DNA of 64,000 nucleotides from an uncultured Candidatus Saccharibacteria bacterium (GCA_964356815.1 CAYHIR010000002.1:7418-71417); one strand, 5' to 3'. Counted from the first letter of the stretch, positions 50,878 to 61,246 are shown. The notes: generated from the letters alone by a model not told the origin. Numbers and translations: made by a program.

Positions 50878-50990
50878 CACAGCAGAAAGTATGACTGAAG
50901 TAACCGGCGTAGATTTCTACTGAAATCTCGCCTCACTCGGAGCCGCCTACGCGGCTTCCGAGAGTTACTTCAGTCATACTTTCTGCTGTG
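50878..50990. repeat. Y-shaped palindromic element, divergent copy 3
   Basis: Perfect 27-bp inverted repeat (50878-50904/50964-50990) enclosing two hairpins. Confidence 0.85.
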
Positions 50991-51053
50991 GCCACTAGTT
51001 ATTAAAATAATTGTTAAAAAACTGGCAAGAAAAAACTCCCTGGGTCCACGGAC

Positions 51054-51377
51054 TCAGGGAGCTTGGTTCAAATTGCACAGGAGACCTTGGCCACTGTGGC
51101 GTTGGTCGAACAGGTGAAGCTTCGGGGGAGCTCTGGACCGGCGTGGAGAGAAAATGCGAGTTGACAACACACGGCTCCTACTCATTGAGAGTTTGGAGCT
51201 CTCACTCTCACGGTTAGGAAATTGCCATTCAGCAACCCCCTTTCCGCCGTAAGAGTATCGCAGCAAGGGACAGAACGCCCAATCTTCAGTGATGTATCCC
51301 GCCACTGCCCCAGGAGCAACGAAAATGAGGCAGATTGCCGGAAACAATGCATCGACGATGCCAGATGTATCGATCAC
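51054..51377 (-). CDS. Hypothetical protein with N-terminal hydrophobic segment
   Basis: AGAAAGGAGG SD before GTG, TTGACA upstream, terminator CTCCCTG/CAGGGAG plus T tract at the stop. Confidence 0.5.
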   Translation of the reverse strand: MIDTSGIVDALFPAICLIFVAPGAVAGYITEDWAFCPLLRYSYGGKGVAEWQFPNRESESSKLSMSRSRVLSTRIFSPRRSRAPPKLHLFDQRHSGQGLLCNLNQAP

Positions 51378-51478
51378 AACCTTCCTCCTTTCTGTGTCTG
51401 AGGTTAATGGTCAAGATGACGACAGAAAACGCTAGAGAACGCGCCTAGTAAAGAAATTTACTCCAAAAGATTTTTCTG

Positions 51479-52099
51479 TCAAGTAAAATTTTTCACAAAA
51501 CTCCTCCGATGCAAATCGCAGAGGCCATTTTCGCGGATTTTTTTAATATGAAAACTGGTGCCATAACCCTTGTGTTTTTCAAAACCAAACTCGGGATAAA
51601 TTTTGGCGAGCTTGCACATTTTTCTGTCGCGCAAAACTTTGGCCGCGATGGAAGCCAAAGAAATTATTGGTTCGAGTCGGTCACCGCCGCTAATTGTTTC
51701 TTGAAATAAAAAATATTCGGGCGCTTTGAGGCCGCCGTCAAGCAGAATAAGTGTCTGACTCGGATTAAGATTGAGCCTGTCGAGAGCACGACGCATGGCG
51801 AGAGAGATGGAATGAGTCAGACCGTGAGTGTCAACTTTTTCTGCGCCAACAAATGCCACGCGAAAATCGAGCAGACCATCGCGCTGACCAATGCGAATTT
51901 TTTTAAACCATTCGTCGCGAGCATCTGGTGAAAGTTGTTTTGAATCGCGAGCTTGACGGAAATTTTTGGGCAATTTACCCACCGCAAAAACCATCGCGCC
52001 AACTGCAACCGGCCCTGCGAGTGGACCACGGCCAACTTCATCGACACCAACGATGTATTTGATTTGACTTGGCTTTTGTGTTTTAAAAATGAGGCGCAT
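51479..52099 (-). CDS. rnhB: Ribonuclease HII
   Basis: GVDEVGRGPLAGPV, DSKQL, ASIAAKVLRD, HKGYGT. Confidence 0.96.
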   Translation of the reverse strand: MRLIFKTQKPSQIKYIVGVDEVGRGPLAGPVAVGAMVFAVGKLPKNFRQARDSKQLSPDARDEWFKKIRIGQRDGLLDFRVAFVGAEKVDTHGLTHSISLAMRRALDRLNLNPSQTLILLDGGLKAPEYFLFQETISGGDRLEPIISLASIAAKVLRDRKMCKLAKIYPEFGFEKHKGYGTSFHIKKIRENGLCDLHRRSFVKNFT

Positions 52100-52121
52100 A
52101 CGATTAGTGTATAATTTTATC

Positions 52122-55100
52122 ATGTCTCGTTTTACACACCTGCATGTCCATAGCCATTACAGCTTGCTCGAAGCGGTACCAAAAATCTCGGATCTAATAG
52201 AGAACGCGAAAAAGTTTGACATGAAGGCGCTGGCTCTTACAGACAATTGCAATCTCTATGGCACGATTGAGTTTTATAAAGAATGCACAGCGGCTGGTAT
52301 AAAGCCGATCATTGGCATTGATGCTTATGTGGCGCCGCGAAGCAGACTGAGTAAAGAAAATATGGTGGATGCAACCCGCAGCCGTTTGATTCTTTTGGCA
52401 AAAAATGTGACGGGTTATAAAAATCTCATCAAGCTCGTCACAGCCGCACACTTCGAAGGTTTTTACTACAAACCGCGTATTGATAAAGAATTAATTGAGA
52501 AATACAAAGATGGTCTCATCGCTATTTCAGCCGCCACAAACGGAAGCATTGCCCGTGCCTTAAAAAGCGACGATCGCGAACGCGCCACAGAAGAAGCCAG
52601 ATGGTACAGCCACACTTTCGGACCGGATAATTTTTTTATCGAAATCACCGAGCCAGCCAAAATGAAGTCGCTCATCGATTTTGCACACGAAGTTGGCGTG
52701 CCGATTGTTGCTTCGCAAGATGTCTACTACATCCACGAAGATGATCGCGCCGCTCGCAATACCCTTCTCTCGATTCAAAATACAAATTGGGGCAATCACG
52801 GCGATATTGGCAACGAAGAGGAAGACTTATCTTTCGGTTCGCCGGAAAAAATTGCGAAAAATTTTGAGAAAATTTTGGGCGCGGAAGCGGCGGAACAGGC
52901 CATCGCAAACAACGAAAAAATCGCAGCTATGTGCGACTTGAAACTCGAGCTTGGTAAGTGGCTGTTTCCGGCATTTGTGGTTGAAAGCGGTCTCTCGCAC
53001 GACGATGAGCTTCGCCGGCTCGCATATGAAGGTTTGGAAAGACGCGGTATGGAAAAATCGCCCGAGGTGCTCACGCGTCTCGAGTATGAGCTCAAGGTTA
53101 TTAAAGACAAAGGTTATGCGCCGTACTTTTTGGTGGTGGGCGACCTCATGGATTTCGCGCATAAAAATAATATTCTCACGACCATTCGAGGTTCGGTCGC
53201 TGGCTCACTCGTCACCTACTGCGCGCACATTACAAACGTCGATCCGCTCAAATATAAATTGCCTTTCGAGCGATTTCTAAATCCCGAGCGTCCATCTGCT
53301 CCCGATATCGACATGGATTACGCCGACAACAGACGTGATGAAATGATTGCCTATGCCAAAGAAAAATATGGCCACGACAACGTCGCCCAGATTGGTACAT
53401 TCGGTACGATGGCGGCGCGCGGTGCTGTGCGCGACGTGACACGCGCGCTCGGCTATCCTTACACACTCGGTGACACACTTTCCAAACTCATTCCGATCGG
53501 CGCGCAGGGTTTCCCAATGACCATCGACCGCGCACTCAAAGAAGCGCCAGACTTTGCAAAAATGTACAAAGACAATGAAGACGCGACAGACATTATCGAC
53601 ATGGCGAAAAAAATCGAAGGCGGTGCGCGACACATTTCCGTGCACGCCGCGGGTGTCGTTATTTCTCCCGTGCATCTCACCGAGCTCGTGCCGCTACAGT
53701 ACGACACAAAAAGTGCGGAAAATATTATCACTCAGTACGACATGTATTCGGTGGAAGAAGCCGGCCTTTTGAAGTTCGACTTTCTTGGCATTAAAAATTT
53801 GGCCATTCTCGCCGACGCTGTGCGCTTGGTGAAAAAGCTCGATGACATAGAAATCGACATTGAAAACGTACCGATAGACGACAAAAAAACTTTTGAAATG
53901 CTCGCGCGCGGCGAAACGATCGGCCTTTTTCAGCTAAATGGTTCGGGTATGACAAAATTTTTGAAAGAATTGAAACCGAGCTCCATCCTCGACATCAATG
54001 CCATGGTCGCCCTCTATCGTCCTGGCCCGATGGAATCTATCCCTCAATATATTGAACGCAAACACAATCCCGCGCTCGTCACCTTCCTCGATCCACGTCT
54101 CAAAGATATTTTGTCGCAATCGTACGGCGTCATCACCTATCAAGACGATGTGATGCTCACCGCTATTCACCTCGCCGGCTACTCGTGGCTCGAGGCCGAC
54201 AAACTCCGCAAAGCCATGGGTAAAAAAATTCCCGCGGAAATGGAAGCCCAGAAAGGCAAATTGCTCGAAGGCTTGGTGAAAAACGGTCTGAGCGCCGCCA
54301 AAGCCGATCAGCTATGGAAACTCATCGAACCTTTTGCCGCTTATGGTTTCAACAAAGCTCATGCCGCAAGCTACGGCAAAGTGGCCTATCAAACCGCCTA
54401 CATGAAGGCCAATTTTCCGGTCATTTATATGTCTGCTGTGCTCACCGCCGACTCTGGCGATGTGGATAAAATCGCCGAAACAATCGCCGAGTGTAAGCGC
54501 ATGAAAATTCCGGTTTTGCCGCCGAGCGTCAATGAAAGCTTTTCTGAATTTACGGTGGTGCGGGAAAGTGCGCAAAAAAACGTCGCGGGTGGCACTGACG
54601 GCGCCGAAAAAATCCGCTTCGGTCTTTACACAATAAAAAATTTCGGTGAGACAGTTGGCGAAACGATAATCACCGAGCGCGAGAAAAATGGCCGCTTCAC
54701 ATCTATCTCGAATTTTTTGAATCGCATCAAAGATAAAAATTTAAATAAAAAATCACTTGAGTCGCTTATTAAAACCGGGGCACTCGATGAATTCGGCGAA
54801 CGCGGGCTTCTTCTTGGCAATCTCGATCGTCTGCTTGCCTACAGCAGAGAAAAACATCGCGGACCAGAAAATCAAGAGTCACTTTTCGGCCTCATGACCG
54901 ATCAAAAAGCGGCGAGTGCCATGAGCGACATTTCTCTCGACCCAGCGCCACCTGCGACACAAGAAGAAAAACTCGCCTGGGAACGCGAACTCCTCGGCCT
55001 CTATGTTTCCGGCCATCCACTTGATCGTTTCAAAGAAAAAATTGAAAAACACGGCGGCTCGATTGCCAAGGTGAAAGAGAGCGGCATCAACGGCTCGACG

Positions 55101-55337
55101 ATCGTCGTCGCTGGCCTCATCGAAGAAATAAAAGAATTTAGCACCAAAAATGGCGAGATGATGGCCTTCATAAAAATCGCCGACTACTCCGGCAACATGG
55201 AAGCTGTCGCCTTCCCCCGCACCAAAACCGAATTCGCCTCCATCCTTGTGGCGGAAAATTGCGTGGCGATAAAGGGAAAAATGTCCAACAGAAACGGCGT
55301 GCCGAGTGTTTTGATTGAGAAGGTGAAGGTGTTGTAG
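52122..55337 (+). CDS. dnaE: DNA polymerase III alpha subunit
   Basis: HLHVHSHYSLL, RGSVAGS, PDIDMD, KFDFLG, YGFNKAH. Confidence 0.97.
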   Translation: MSRFTHLHVHSHYSLLEAVPKISDLIENAKKFDMKALALTDNCNLYGTIEFYKECTAAGIKPIIGIDAYVAPRSRLSKENMVDATRSRLILLAKNVTGYKNLIKLVTAAHFEGFYYKPRIDKELIEKYKDGLIAISAATNGSIARALKSDDRERATEEARWYSHTFGPDNFFIEITEPAKMKSLIDFAHEVGVPIVASQDVYYIHEDDRAARNTLLSIQNTNWGNHGDIGNEEEDLSFGSPEKIAKNFEKILGAEAAEQAIANNEKIAAMCDLKLELGKWLFPAFVVESGLSHDDELRRLAYEGLERRGMEKSPEVLTRLEYELKVIKDKGYAPYFLVVGDLMDFAHKNNILTTIRGSVAGSLVTYCAHITNVDPLKYKLPFERFLNPERPSAPDIDMDYADNRRDEMIAYAKEKYGHDNVAQIGTFGTMAARGAVRDVTRALGYPYTLGDTLSKLIPIGAQGFPMTIDRALKEAPDFAKMYKDNEDATDIIDMAKKIEGGARHISVHAAGVVISPVHLTELVPLQYDTKSAENIITQYDMYSVEEAGLLKFDFLGIKNLAILADAVRLVKKLDDIEIDIENVPIDDKKTFEMLARGETIGLFQLNGSGMTKFLKELKPSSILDINAMVALYRPGPMESIPQYIERKHNPALVTFLDPRLKDILSQSYGVITYQDDVMLTAIHLAGYSWLEADKLRKAMGKKIPAEMEAQKGKLLEGLVKNGLSAAKADQLWKLIEPFAAYGFNKAHAASYGKVAYQTAYMKANFPVIYMSAVLTADSGDVDKIAETIAECKRMKIPVLPPSVNESFSEFTVVRESAQKNVAGGTDGAEKIRFGLYTIKNFGETVGETIITEREKNGRFTSISNFLNRIKDKNLNKKSLESLIKTGALDEFGERGLLLGNLDRLLAYSREKHRGPENQESLFGLMTDQKAASAMSDISLDPAPPATQEEKLAWERELLGLYVSGHPLDRFKEKIEKHGGSIAKVKESGINGSTIVVAGLIEEIKEFSTKNGEMMAFIKIADYSGNMEAVAFPRTKTEFASILVAENCVAIKGKMSNRNGVPSVLIEKVKVL

Positions 55338-55446
55338 GAATTTTTGACAGATAACCGACAAACAAAATGACGGCGTCTTGACTTTTTGATTGATATTTGA
55401 TAGCATATGCATATTACGACGAAAAAGGTTCCGAACGGCTAATTAC

Positions 55447-55980
55447 CTAAGGAGCCTTTTTCATTTCTATTTTTCTTCTGGTGTCCCCATCATCAAGCGC
55501 CGCAAAACATGGTGCGCCAAGCTTGTCGTACAACGATGAAGCTCTCTCGCCGTCAGGAAAAAGAATTTTTTCAAGCTTTTGCTCGGTGATTAAAAAATCA
55601 ACAAGCTGTCTGTAGTCACCATCCCCAGAAACCAGCACGATTTTATCAAACAATTCTTTATAGTAGAGTTTTTTCATAACATTAAAAATAATGTCGGAAT
55701 CAACATTTCCTTTCTTTTTGCCAAGCATAAGTGATGTGTGTTCACGAAATAGCAAAATGAACCCGGCACTTTGTATGTTTTCATACAATGATTGCTGTGA
55801 TTCATCTAGATATCCCAAAAAATAAAAGGCTTTTGATACATCGTATTTTTTCTCAAGATAAACACGAAATCGCGCAAGATCAACTTTCCATGGGTCAATT
55901 TCTCGCTTTGCAGTACCTAGGTAAAGATTTTGTCCATCTATGAATGCGAGGTTTTTTATTTGTTCATCGTTTGTGGCCAT
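55447..55980 (-). CDS. NYN domain protein
   Basis: AFIDGQNL, KGNVD, LVSGDGDY. Confidence 0.88.
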   Translation of the reverse strand: MATNDEQIKNLAFIDGQNLYLGTAKREIDPWKVDLARFRVYLEKKYDVSKAFYFLGYLDESQQSLYENIQSAGFILLFREHTSLMLGKKKGNVDSDIIFNVMKKLYYKELFDKIVLVSGDGDYRQLVDFLITEQKLEKILFPDGERASSLYDKLGAPCFAALDDGDTRRKIEMKKAP

Positions 55981-56089
55981 TTTGGTATTACAAAACAGCA
56001 ATATAACAAAAGTTGGCTCAATATTTTTTTAAGAAATAATAAAGAATGAACGATTTGGCCTTTTACCCTAAAAAAGCTATTATTTTGAA

Positions 56090-57907
56090 ATGAAAAAAGA
56101 AAATTCTGACCCCAACTCCCTACCCGCCAAGCGCCACTCGCTCGCCCATCTTTTGGCCGCGGCTGTGCTTGAAATTCGCCCCGACACTCTCCCTTCCATC
56201 GGTCCAGCAATAGACGACGGTTTTTACTACGATTTTGATTTCAGCAACGGCGAGCCGATTTCTGAAAAAGATTTGGTGGCAATAGAAAAACGAATGCGAA
56301 AAATTTTGCCGTCGTGGAAAGAATTTTCACACAAAGAAGTTTCGGCGGCCGAGGCACGTGAAGTGTTTGCAAACAATCCATACAAACTTGAGCTCATAGA
56401 AGAAATAGAAAACGGCGCGGTGCAAACCGGCGAAAAAATTACTCTTTATACGATCGGCGAATTTACCGATCTTTGTCGTGGCGGTCATGTTGAAAATCCA
56501 GCGAAAGAAATCGATCCAGAATCTTTCAAACTCGATCGTGTGGCTGGTGCGTATTGGCGTGGTGATGAAAAAAATAAAATGCTTACACGCATTTACGGCC
56601 TCGCGTTTGAAACCGGTGCAGAGCTTGCGAGCCACATTGCGATGCGTGAAGAAGCTAAAAAGCGCGATCACAAAAAACTCGGCAAGGAGCTCGGGCTTTT
56701 CATTTTCTCCGATCTCGTTGGTCCTGGCCTGCCACTTTGGACACCGAAGGGCACAATCGTGCGAAATTTGCTCGACGATTATGTTTGGTCGCTCCGTCGC
56801 GAAAAAGGTTTCATGAAAGTTACAATCCCCCACATCACCAAAAAAGATCTTTACGAAACTTCTGGCCACTGGGGGAAATATGCTGACGGACTTTTCAAAA
56901 TTACCACGCGCGAAAATCATCTCTATGCCATGAAGCCAATGAATTGCCCGCATCATGCTCAAATTTTCGCCGCCACTCCAAAAAGCTACCGCGACATGCC
57001 ACAGCGCTACAGCGAAACCACCATGGTCTATCGCGATGAACAGTCTGGCGAGCTCTCCGGCCTCTCCCGCGTGCTTTCTATTACTCAAGACGACGCGCAT
57101 GTTTTCTGCCGTCAGAGCCAGATCGAGCAAGAAGTTTTTGCTATTTGGGACATCATCGATGAATTTTATGGCGTTTTTGGTTTTGAAGATTTAAAAATTC
57201 GCCTCTCGCGCCACGATCCATCACACTTCGAAAAATATCTCGGTACACCAGAGATCTGGAAAAACTCTGAAGCCGCGCTAACGAAACTGATCGAAAAGCG
57301 AGGTATCAAAGAATGGGTAGACGGCCTCGGTGAAGCTGCTATCTACGGCCCCAAGATCGATTTCATTGCCAAAGATTCTATCGGCCGCACGCTGCAAGTG
57401 GCCACAATCCAACTCGACTTCAATCAACCAAAAAACTTCGGTCTCACCTGCACAAATGAAAAAGGTGAGAAAGAAGATGTTGTGATGATTCACTGCGCCA
57501 TCATGGGATCAATCGAACGCTTCATGAGTGTACTTATCGAACACTACGCCGGTGCATTTCCATTCTGGCTCGCGCCTGTCCAAGTGGCCATCGTTCCCGT
57601 CTCCGAAGCACACGAAGAATACTCTCGCCAAATTTTAGAAAAAATAAAGGCGGAGAAAATCGACGGCGCCCAAATCCGCGCAGAACTTTTTCTCGCCGAC
57701 GATTCTCTTGGCAAACGCATCCGCGAAGCTAAAGTACAAAAAATTCCTTACACTCTCATCATTGGCGACAAAGAAATTGCAAACAGCGACGCAAGCGAAG
57801 CCAACCTAAACGCCACACTAGAAAACCGCGATAAAGGCAATCTCGGCGCCCTCTCCGTAGAAGAAATCATCGCGAAATTTAGAAAAGAAATTGAGGAGAA
57901 GAAATAG
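56090..57907 (+). CDS. thrS: Threonine--tRNA ligase
   Basis: RHSLAH, DLCRGGH, RDHKKLG, KPMNCPHH, YGPKID, GSIERF. Confidence 0.97.
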   Translation: MKKENSDPNSLPAKRHSLAHLLAAAVLEIRPDTLPSIGPAIDDGFYYDFDFSNGEPISEKDLVAIEKRMRKILPSWKEFSHKEVSAAEAREVFANNPYKLELIEEIENGAVQTGEKITLYTIGEFTDLCRGGHVENPAKEIDPESFKLDRVAGAYWRGDEKNKMLTRIYGLAFETGAELASHIAMREEAKKRDHKKLGKELGLFIFSDLVGPGLPLWTPKGTIVRNLLDDYVWSLRREKGFMKVTIPHITKKDLYETSGHWGKYADGLFKITTRENHLYAMKPMNCPHHAQIFAATPKSYRDMPQRYSETTMVYRDEQSGELSGLSRVLSITQDDAHVFCRQSQIEQEVFAIWDIIDEFYGVFGFEDLKIRLSRHDPSHFEKYLGTPEIWKNSEAALTKLIEKRGIKEWVDGLGEAAIYGPKIDFIAKDSIGRTLQVATIQLDFNQPKNFGLTCTNEKGEKEDVVMIHCAIMGSIERFMSVLIEHYAGAFPFWLAPVQVAIVPVSEAHEEYSRQILEKIKAEKIDGAQIRAELFLADDSLGKRIREAKVQKIPYTLIIGDKEIANSDASEANLNATLENRDKGNLGALSVEEIIAKFRKEIEEKK

Positions 57908-57987
57908 CTATTATCCAATTAAAATTAAAAGCCGTCCGTATGCAATGCCAATTGCTACGGACGGCTGTTCAGAAAGCCACAGAGACA

Positions 57988-58236
57988 TCACTCGATTTCT
58001 TTGATGATGACGTACACGACCCTACTCATTTCCGGCTTGGCGACTTGGGCCACCCTCACTTTTTCGCCCCTGTGGTAGAGATGATAGATTCCCCCAAGAG
58101 TCACCTTCATACCCGGTTGAAAATACTGGAGTTGAATAAGGTGATCACTAGCAGGATCCTGCCTCACAAAAACCCTGAGCTCCTTGCCAATCACAACCAC
58201 AGAACCACTACCTAGATTTGCATGAACAATGCCCAT
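57988..58236 (-). CDS. Small SH3-like protein, paralog B
   Basis: GAAAGGAG SD, TTGACT upstream, terminator GCCGTCCGTA/TACGGACGGC; aligns with the 58549-58812 protein. Confidence 0.75.
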   Translation of the reverse strand: MGIVHANLGSGSVVVIGKELRVFVRQDPASDHLIQLQYFQPGMKVTLGGIYHLYHRGEKVRVAQVAKPEMSRVVYVIIKEIE

Positions 58237-58325
58237 CGTTCGCTTTCTCCTTTCATTTTAGATGGTTTCGATACACCCTCAACACATCTAATCTTATAAA
58301 AACAAAATAGTCAATAATTTTGGGC

Positions 58326-58493
58326 AAAAAAAAGCCCCCGAGACCAAAAATCGCGTTAGGCGTTCTCGGGGGACTTTGAGGGTCACAAGTAAAAATAATT
58401 GCGAAAGGGATAAACGGACACCTCCCGAAGAGCCATGCCCTTGCACTCTCCGAGAGGGTCCGCCACAGAAGGAAGGACTTATTACACTCCTGT
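58326..58493 (-). ncRNA. Candidate small RNA between the paralogs
   Basis: TTGACA-N16-TATAAA (58527-58500), internal stems, terminator CCCCCGAGA/TCTCGGGGG plus T8. Confidence 0.4.
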
Positions 58494-58548
58494 TTACAGT
58501 TTATACGAGAGTTGAACCATCTGTCAACAAAAGCTTGGGGTGACACTC

Positions 58549-58812
58549 TCACTCAAGATCGTCAACGATCACAAAACTTGCCTGCGGCATCGCAGGAGCA
58601 ATGATCTGAGCAACTTTTCTCGTTGAGCCATCGCAGTGCTCTGTTCTGGATTCTCCAAGAGTGACCTGAGTACCCCACGGAATCAGACCATGATAAGAAA
58701 GTCCCTTTCTACTTCCCCCCCCTTCGCTTCTTCTAAAAAATCTGGCATCCTTGGTGAGCTTGAACACTGGCCCTTCTTTCTTTGGCTTTCGATACTTTTT
58801 CCTAGCACCCAT
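58549..58812 (-). CDS. Small SH3-like protein, paralog A, with basic N-terminus
   Basis: AAGGAG SD before ATG 58812; aligns ungapped with the paralog B C-terminus. Confidence 0.75.
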   Translation of the reverse strand: MGARKKYRKPKKEGPVFKLTKDARFFRRSEGGGSRKGLSYHGLIPWGTQVTLGESRTEHCDGSTRKVAQIIAPAMPQASFVIVDDLE

Positions 58813-58950
58813 CGTTTTCTCCTTGTTAAAACGTCCCGCCATATTTAATCACACACAGTAAAAAAGTCCATACCCAGGCAAACTTATTGAGCCCAAAAAA
58901 AATTTGCGCCATGGTTTGCGAAAACTGCCGCAGAAAAATTTGTTTGGGCG

Positions 58951-61089
58951 TTAGATATCAATCGTCGCCTTCTTAGCATTCGACTGAATGAACGACTTTC
59001 GCGCTGGCACATCAGTACCCATGAGAATGTCGAAAACCTTGTCGGCATCTTGGGCGTCTACCACACCCACACGCTTCATCACGCGACGCTTTGGATCCAT
59101 GGTCGTCTCCCACAACTCTTCGGAATTCATTTCTCCAAGACCTTTGTAACGTTGAATTGAAATTTTATCTTTCTTTGGTGCGAGTTTGGATTTTTTGCCC
59201 GAAGCATCTTCGTCGGCGGCTTCTTCATTCTCTTCACCGTTTGCATTTTCTCCGTCACCTTCGCCATTCGCATCTTCCTCATCCCCAGCAATATCCTCCA
59301 TCTGCATACTAGCTTCTTTGCCGATGATGGCGATTTTTTCGTCGTCGTTGTAGGCGTAGAAAATTTCTTTACCTTTTTTTATTTTATAAAGCGGCGGCTG
59401 AGCGATGTAGATGTGGCCGGCATCGATAAGCGGACGGAAGAAACGATACAAAAGTGTGAGAATGAGTGTGCGAATGTGCGCACCGTCAACGTCGGCATCG
59501 GTAGCGATGACGATTTTGTGATAACGAAGCTTAGTGATATCGAAAGTGTCGCCAATGGCTGTGCCAAGTGCGAGCACGAGATTTTTGATCTGCTCAGAAC
59601 CGAGCATGCGGTCGAGCCTAGCGCGCTCAATATTTAAAATTTTACCGCGAAGTGGTAGCACCGCTTGCGTACGACGATCGCGACCGCTTTTGGCAGTACC
59701 ACCAGCAGAATCTCCTTCCACAATGAAGAGTTCGCTTTCTTCGGCGCTCGTGCCAGCTTGGCAATCGGCGAGCTTACCAGGCAAAGTCATGCCTTCGAGT
59801 GCGCCTTTGCGGAGCACGCTGTCTTTGGCGGCCTTGGCGGCTTTGCGGGCCTTCATGGCGAGCGTCACTTTGCCAATGATAGCCCGCGCATCTTCAGGGT
59901 TTTCTTCTAGGAAATAGGCAAACGCTTCGCTGAAAACTGTCTCCACCATACCGCGAGCTTCCACCGTACCAAGCTTGGCCTTTGTCTGACCTTCAAACTG
60001 CACTTCGCGAAGCTTTAAAGAAATAACGGCCGTGAGACCCTCCATCACATCGTCGCCAGTGAAAGAGTCGTCTTCTTTGCCGCCGCTCTTGCTACCACTG
60101 CCGCTGCCTCCCGCACTTTTGCGCACCAAAGTATTTATTGTGCGAGTGAGAGCCGTCTTAAAACCAGTGACATGCGTACCACCTTCGGAATTGTAGATAT
60201 TGTTGGCAAACGCGTTGAGACGGCTAGAAATGTCGTCGACATATTGGAGTGAAATTTCGACAGACTCATATTCATTGGTTTTTTTCTCAATGTAAAAAAT
60301 GTTTTTGTGAATTGGTTTGAGAGCGTTGTTGTAAAACTTTACGAGCGAATAGAGACCACCCTCAAAATAGAAAGATTGGGACGGCGCATTTGGCTTTAAA
60401 TCGCGCAAATAGAAAACTTCGTCTTCGAAAAAATCGCCTTTCATTGAGCCATCAGCCGCAACTTCGCGAGCATCGATGACGCTAATTCGCAAACCTTTCA
60501 CGAGGTAGGCTTGCTGGCGCATGTGAGACACGATGCGATTGAAATCGAAATCTTGTTTGCCGAAAATTTGCTCATCGGGCTGAAAGAAAACGATCGTGCC
60601 GTTTTGCTTCGTTGAAGCCACTTTTTTCACAGTCGCTTTTCTCTTGCCACGCACATATTCCTGCATATAAATGCCGCCCTCTTTGTGCACCACGACTTTT
60701 GTATATTCTGAAAGCGCGTTTACAACAGACGCGCCCACGCCGTGCAAACCGCCAGATACTTTATAACCTTCGCCACCAAATTTTCCTCCGGCATGCAAAG
60801 TGGTCATGATCGTCTCGAGCGCTGAAACTTTCGTTTGCTTATGCATATCGACAGGAATACCGCGGCCGTTGTCTACTACACGCACATGATTGTCGGGCAA
60901 AAGGGCGATCTCGATGTCGTTCGCAAAACCACCCATCGCTTCGTCGCGGGAATTGTCGAAAATTTCGGTGACCAAATGATGAAAACCGTCCGGACCCGTT
61001 GTACCAATGTACATACCCGGCCTCTTGCGTACTGGCTCTAAGCCCTCAAGTACGGAAATATCCGACGCTGTATAGTTTGATTTGGCCAT
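58951..61089 (-). CDS. gyrB: DNA gyrase subunit B
   Basis: VRKRPGMYIG, LHAGGKF, EGDSAGG, DADVDGAHI, QRYKGLGEM. Confidence 0.93.
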   Translation of the reverse strand: MAKSNYTASDISVLEGLEPVRKRPGMYIGTTGPDGFHHLVTEIFDNSRDEAMGGFANDIEIALLPDNHVRVVDNGRGIPVDMHKQTKVSALETIMTTLHAGGKFGGEGYKVSGGLHGVGASVVNALSEYTKVVVHKEGGIYMQEYVRGKRKATVKKVASTKQNGTIVFFQPDEQIFGKQDFDFNRIVSHMRQQAYLVKGLRISVIDAREVAADGSMKGDFFEDEVFYLRDLKPNAPSQSFYFEGGLYSLVKFYNNALKPIHKNIFYIEKKTNEYESVEISLQYVDDISSRLNAFANNIYNSEGGTHVTGFKTALTRTINTLVRKSAGGSGSGSKSGGKEDDSFTGDDVMEGLTAVISLKLREVQFEGQTKAKLGTVEARGMVETVFSEAFAYFLEENPEDARAIIGKVTLAMKARKAAKAAKDSVLRKGALEGMTLPGKLADCQAGTSAEESELFIVEGDSAGGTAKSGRDRRTQAVLPLRGKILNIERARLDRMLGSEQIKNLVLALGTAIGDTFDITKLRYHKIVIATDADVDGAHIRTLILTLLYRFFRPLIDAGHIYIAQPPLYKIKKGKEIFYAYNDDEKIAIIGKEASMQMEDIAGDEEDANGEGDGENANGEENEEAADEDASGKKSKLAPKKDKISIQRYKGLGEMNSEELWETTMDPKRRVMKRVGVVDAQDADKVFDILMGTDVPARKSFIQSNAKKATIDI

Positions 61090-61246
61090 TTATATAAGAT
61101 TTATGAGGATTTGCAACACTTTTAGAACACTTATTGTAGCAAAATTACCCCCTTAAAACAAGCTCAAAACAGACCCCTTTATACACAATAATAAGCCCCA
61201 TTTTGGGCCTTTTTTCGGCTTTTATCAATTTAAATCGATTTCATGC

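Noticed and set aside
52122-55337. Inteins or introns in dnaE (also rpoB, rpoC, gyrB)
   Set aside because: Lengths are normal and no intein splice motifs or frame breaks were seen.
58253-58552. 99-aa minus-strand ORF
   Set aside because: Runs through a promoter, a strong terminator and the next promoter; no SD.
58892-58950. Branched stem after the gyrB stop as a fourth Y element
   Set aside because: Short imperfect arms and no shared core motif; could be an ordinary 3' structure.
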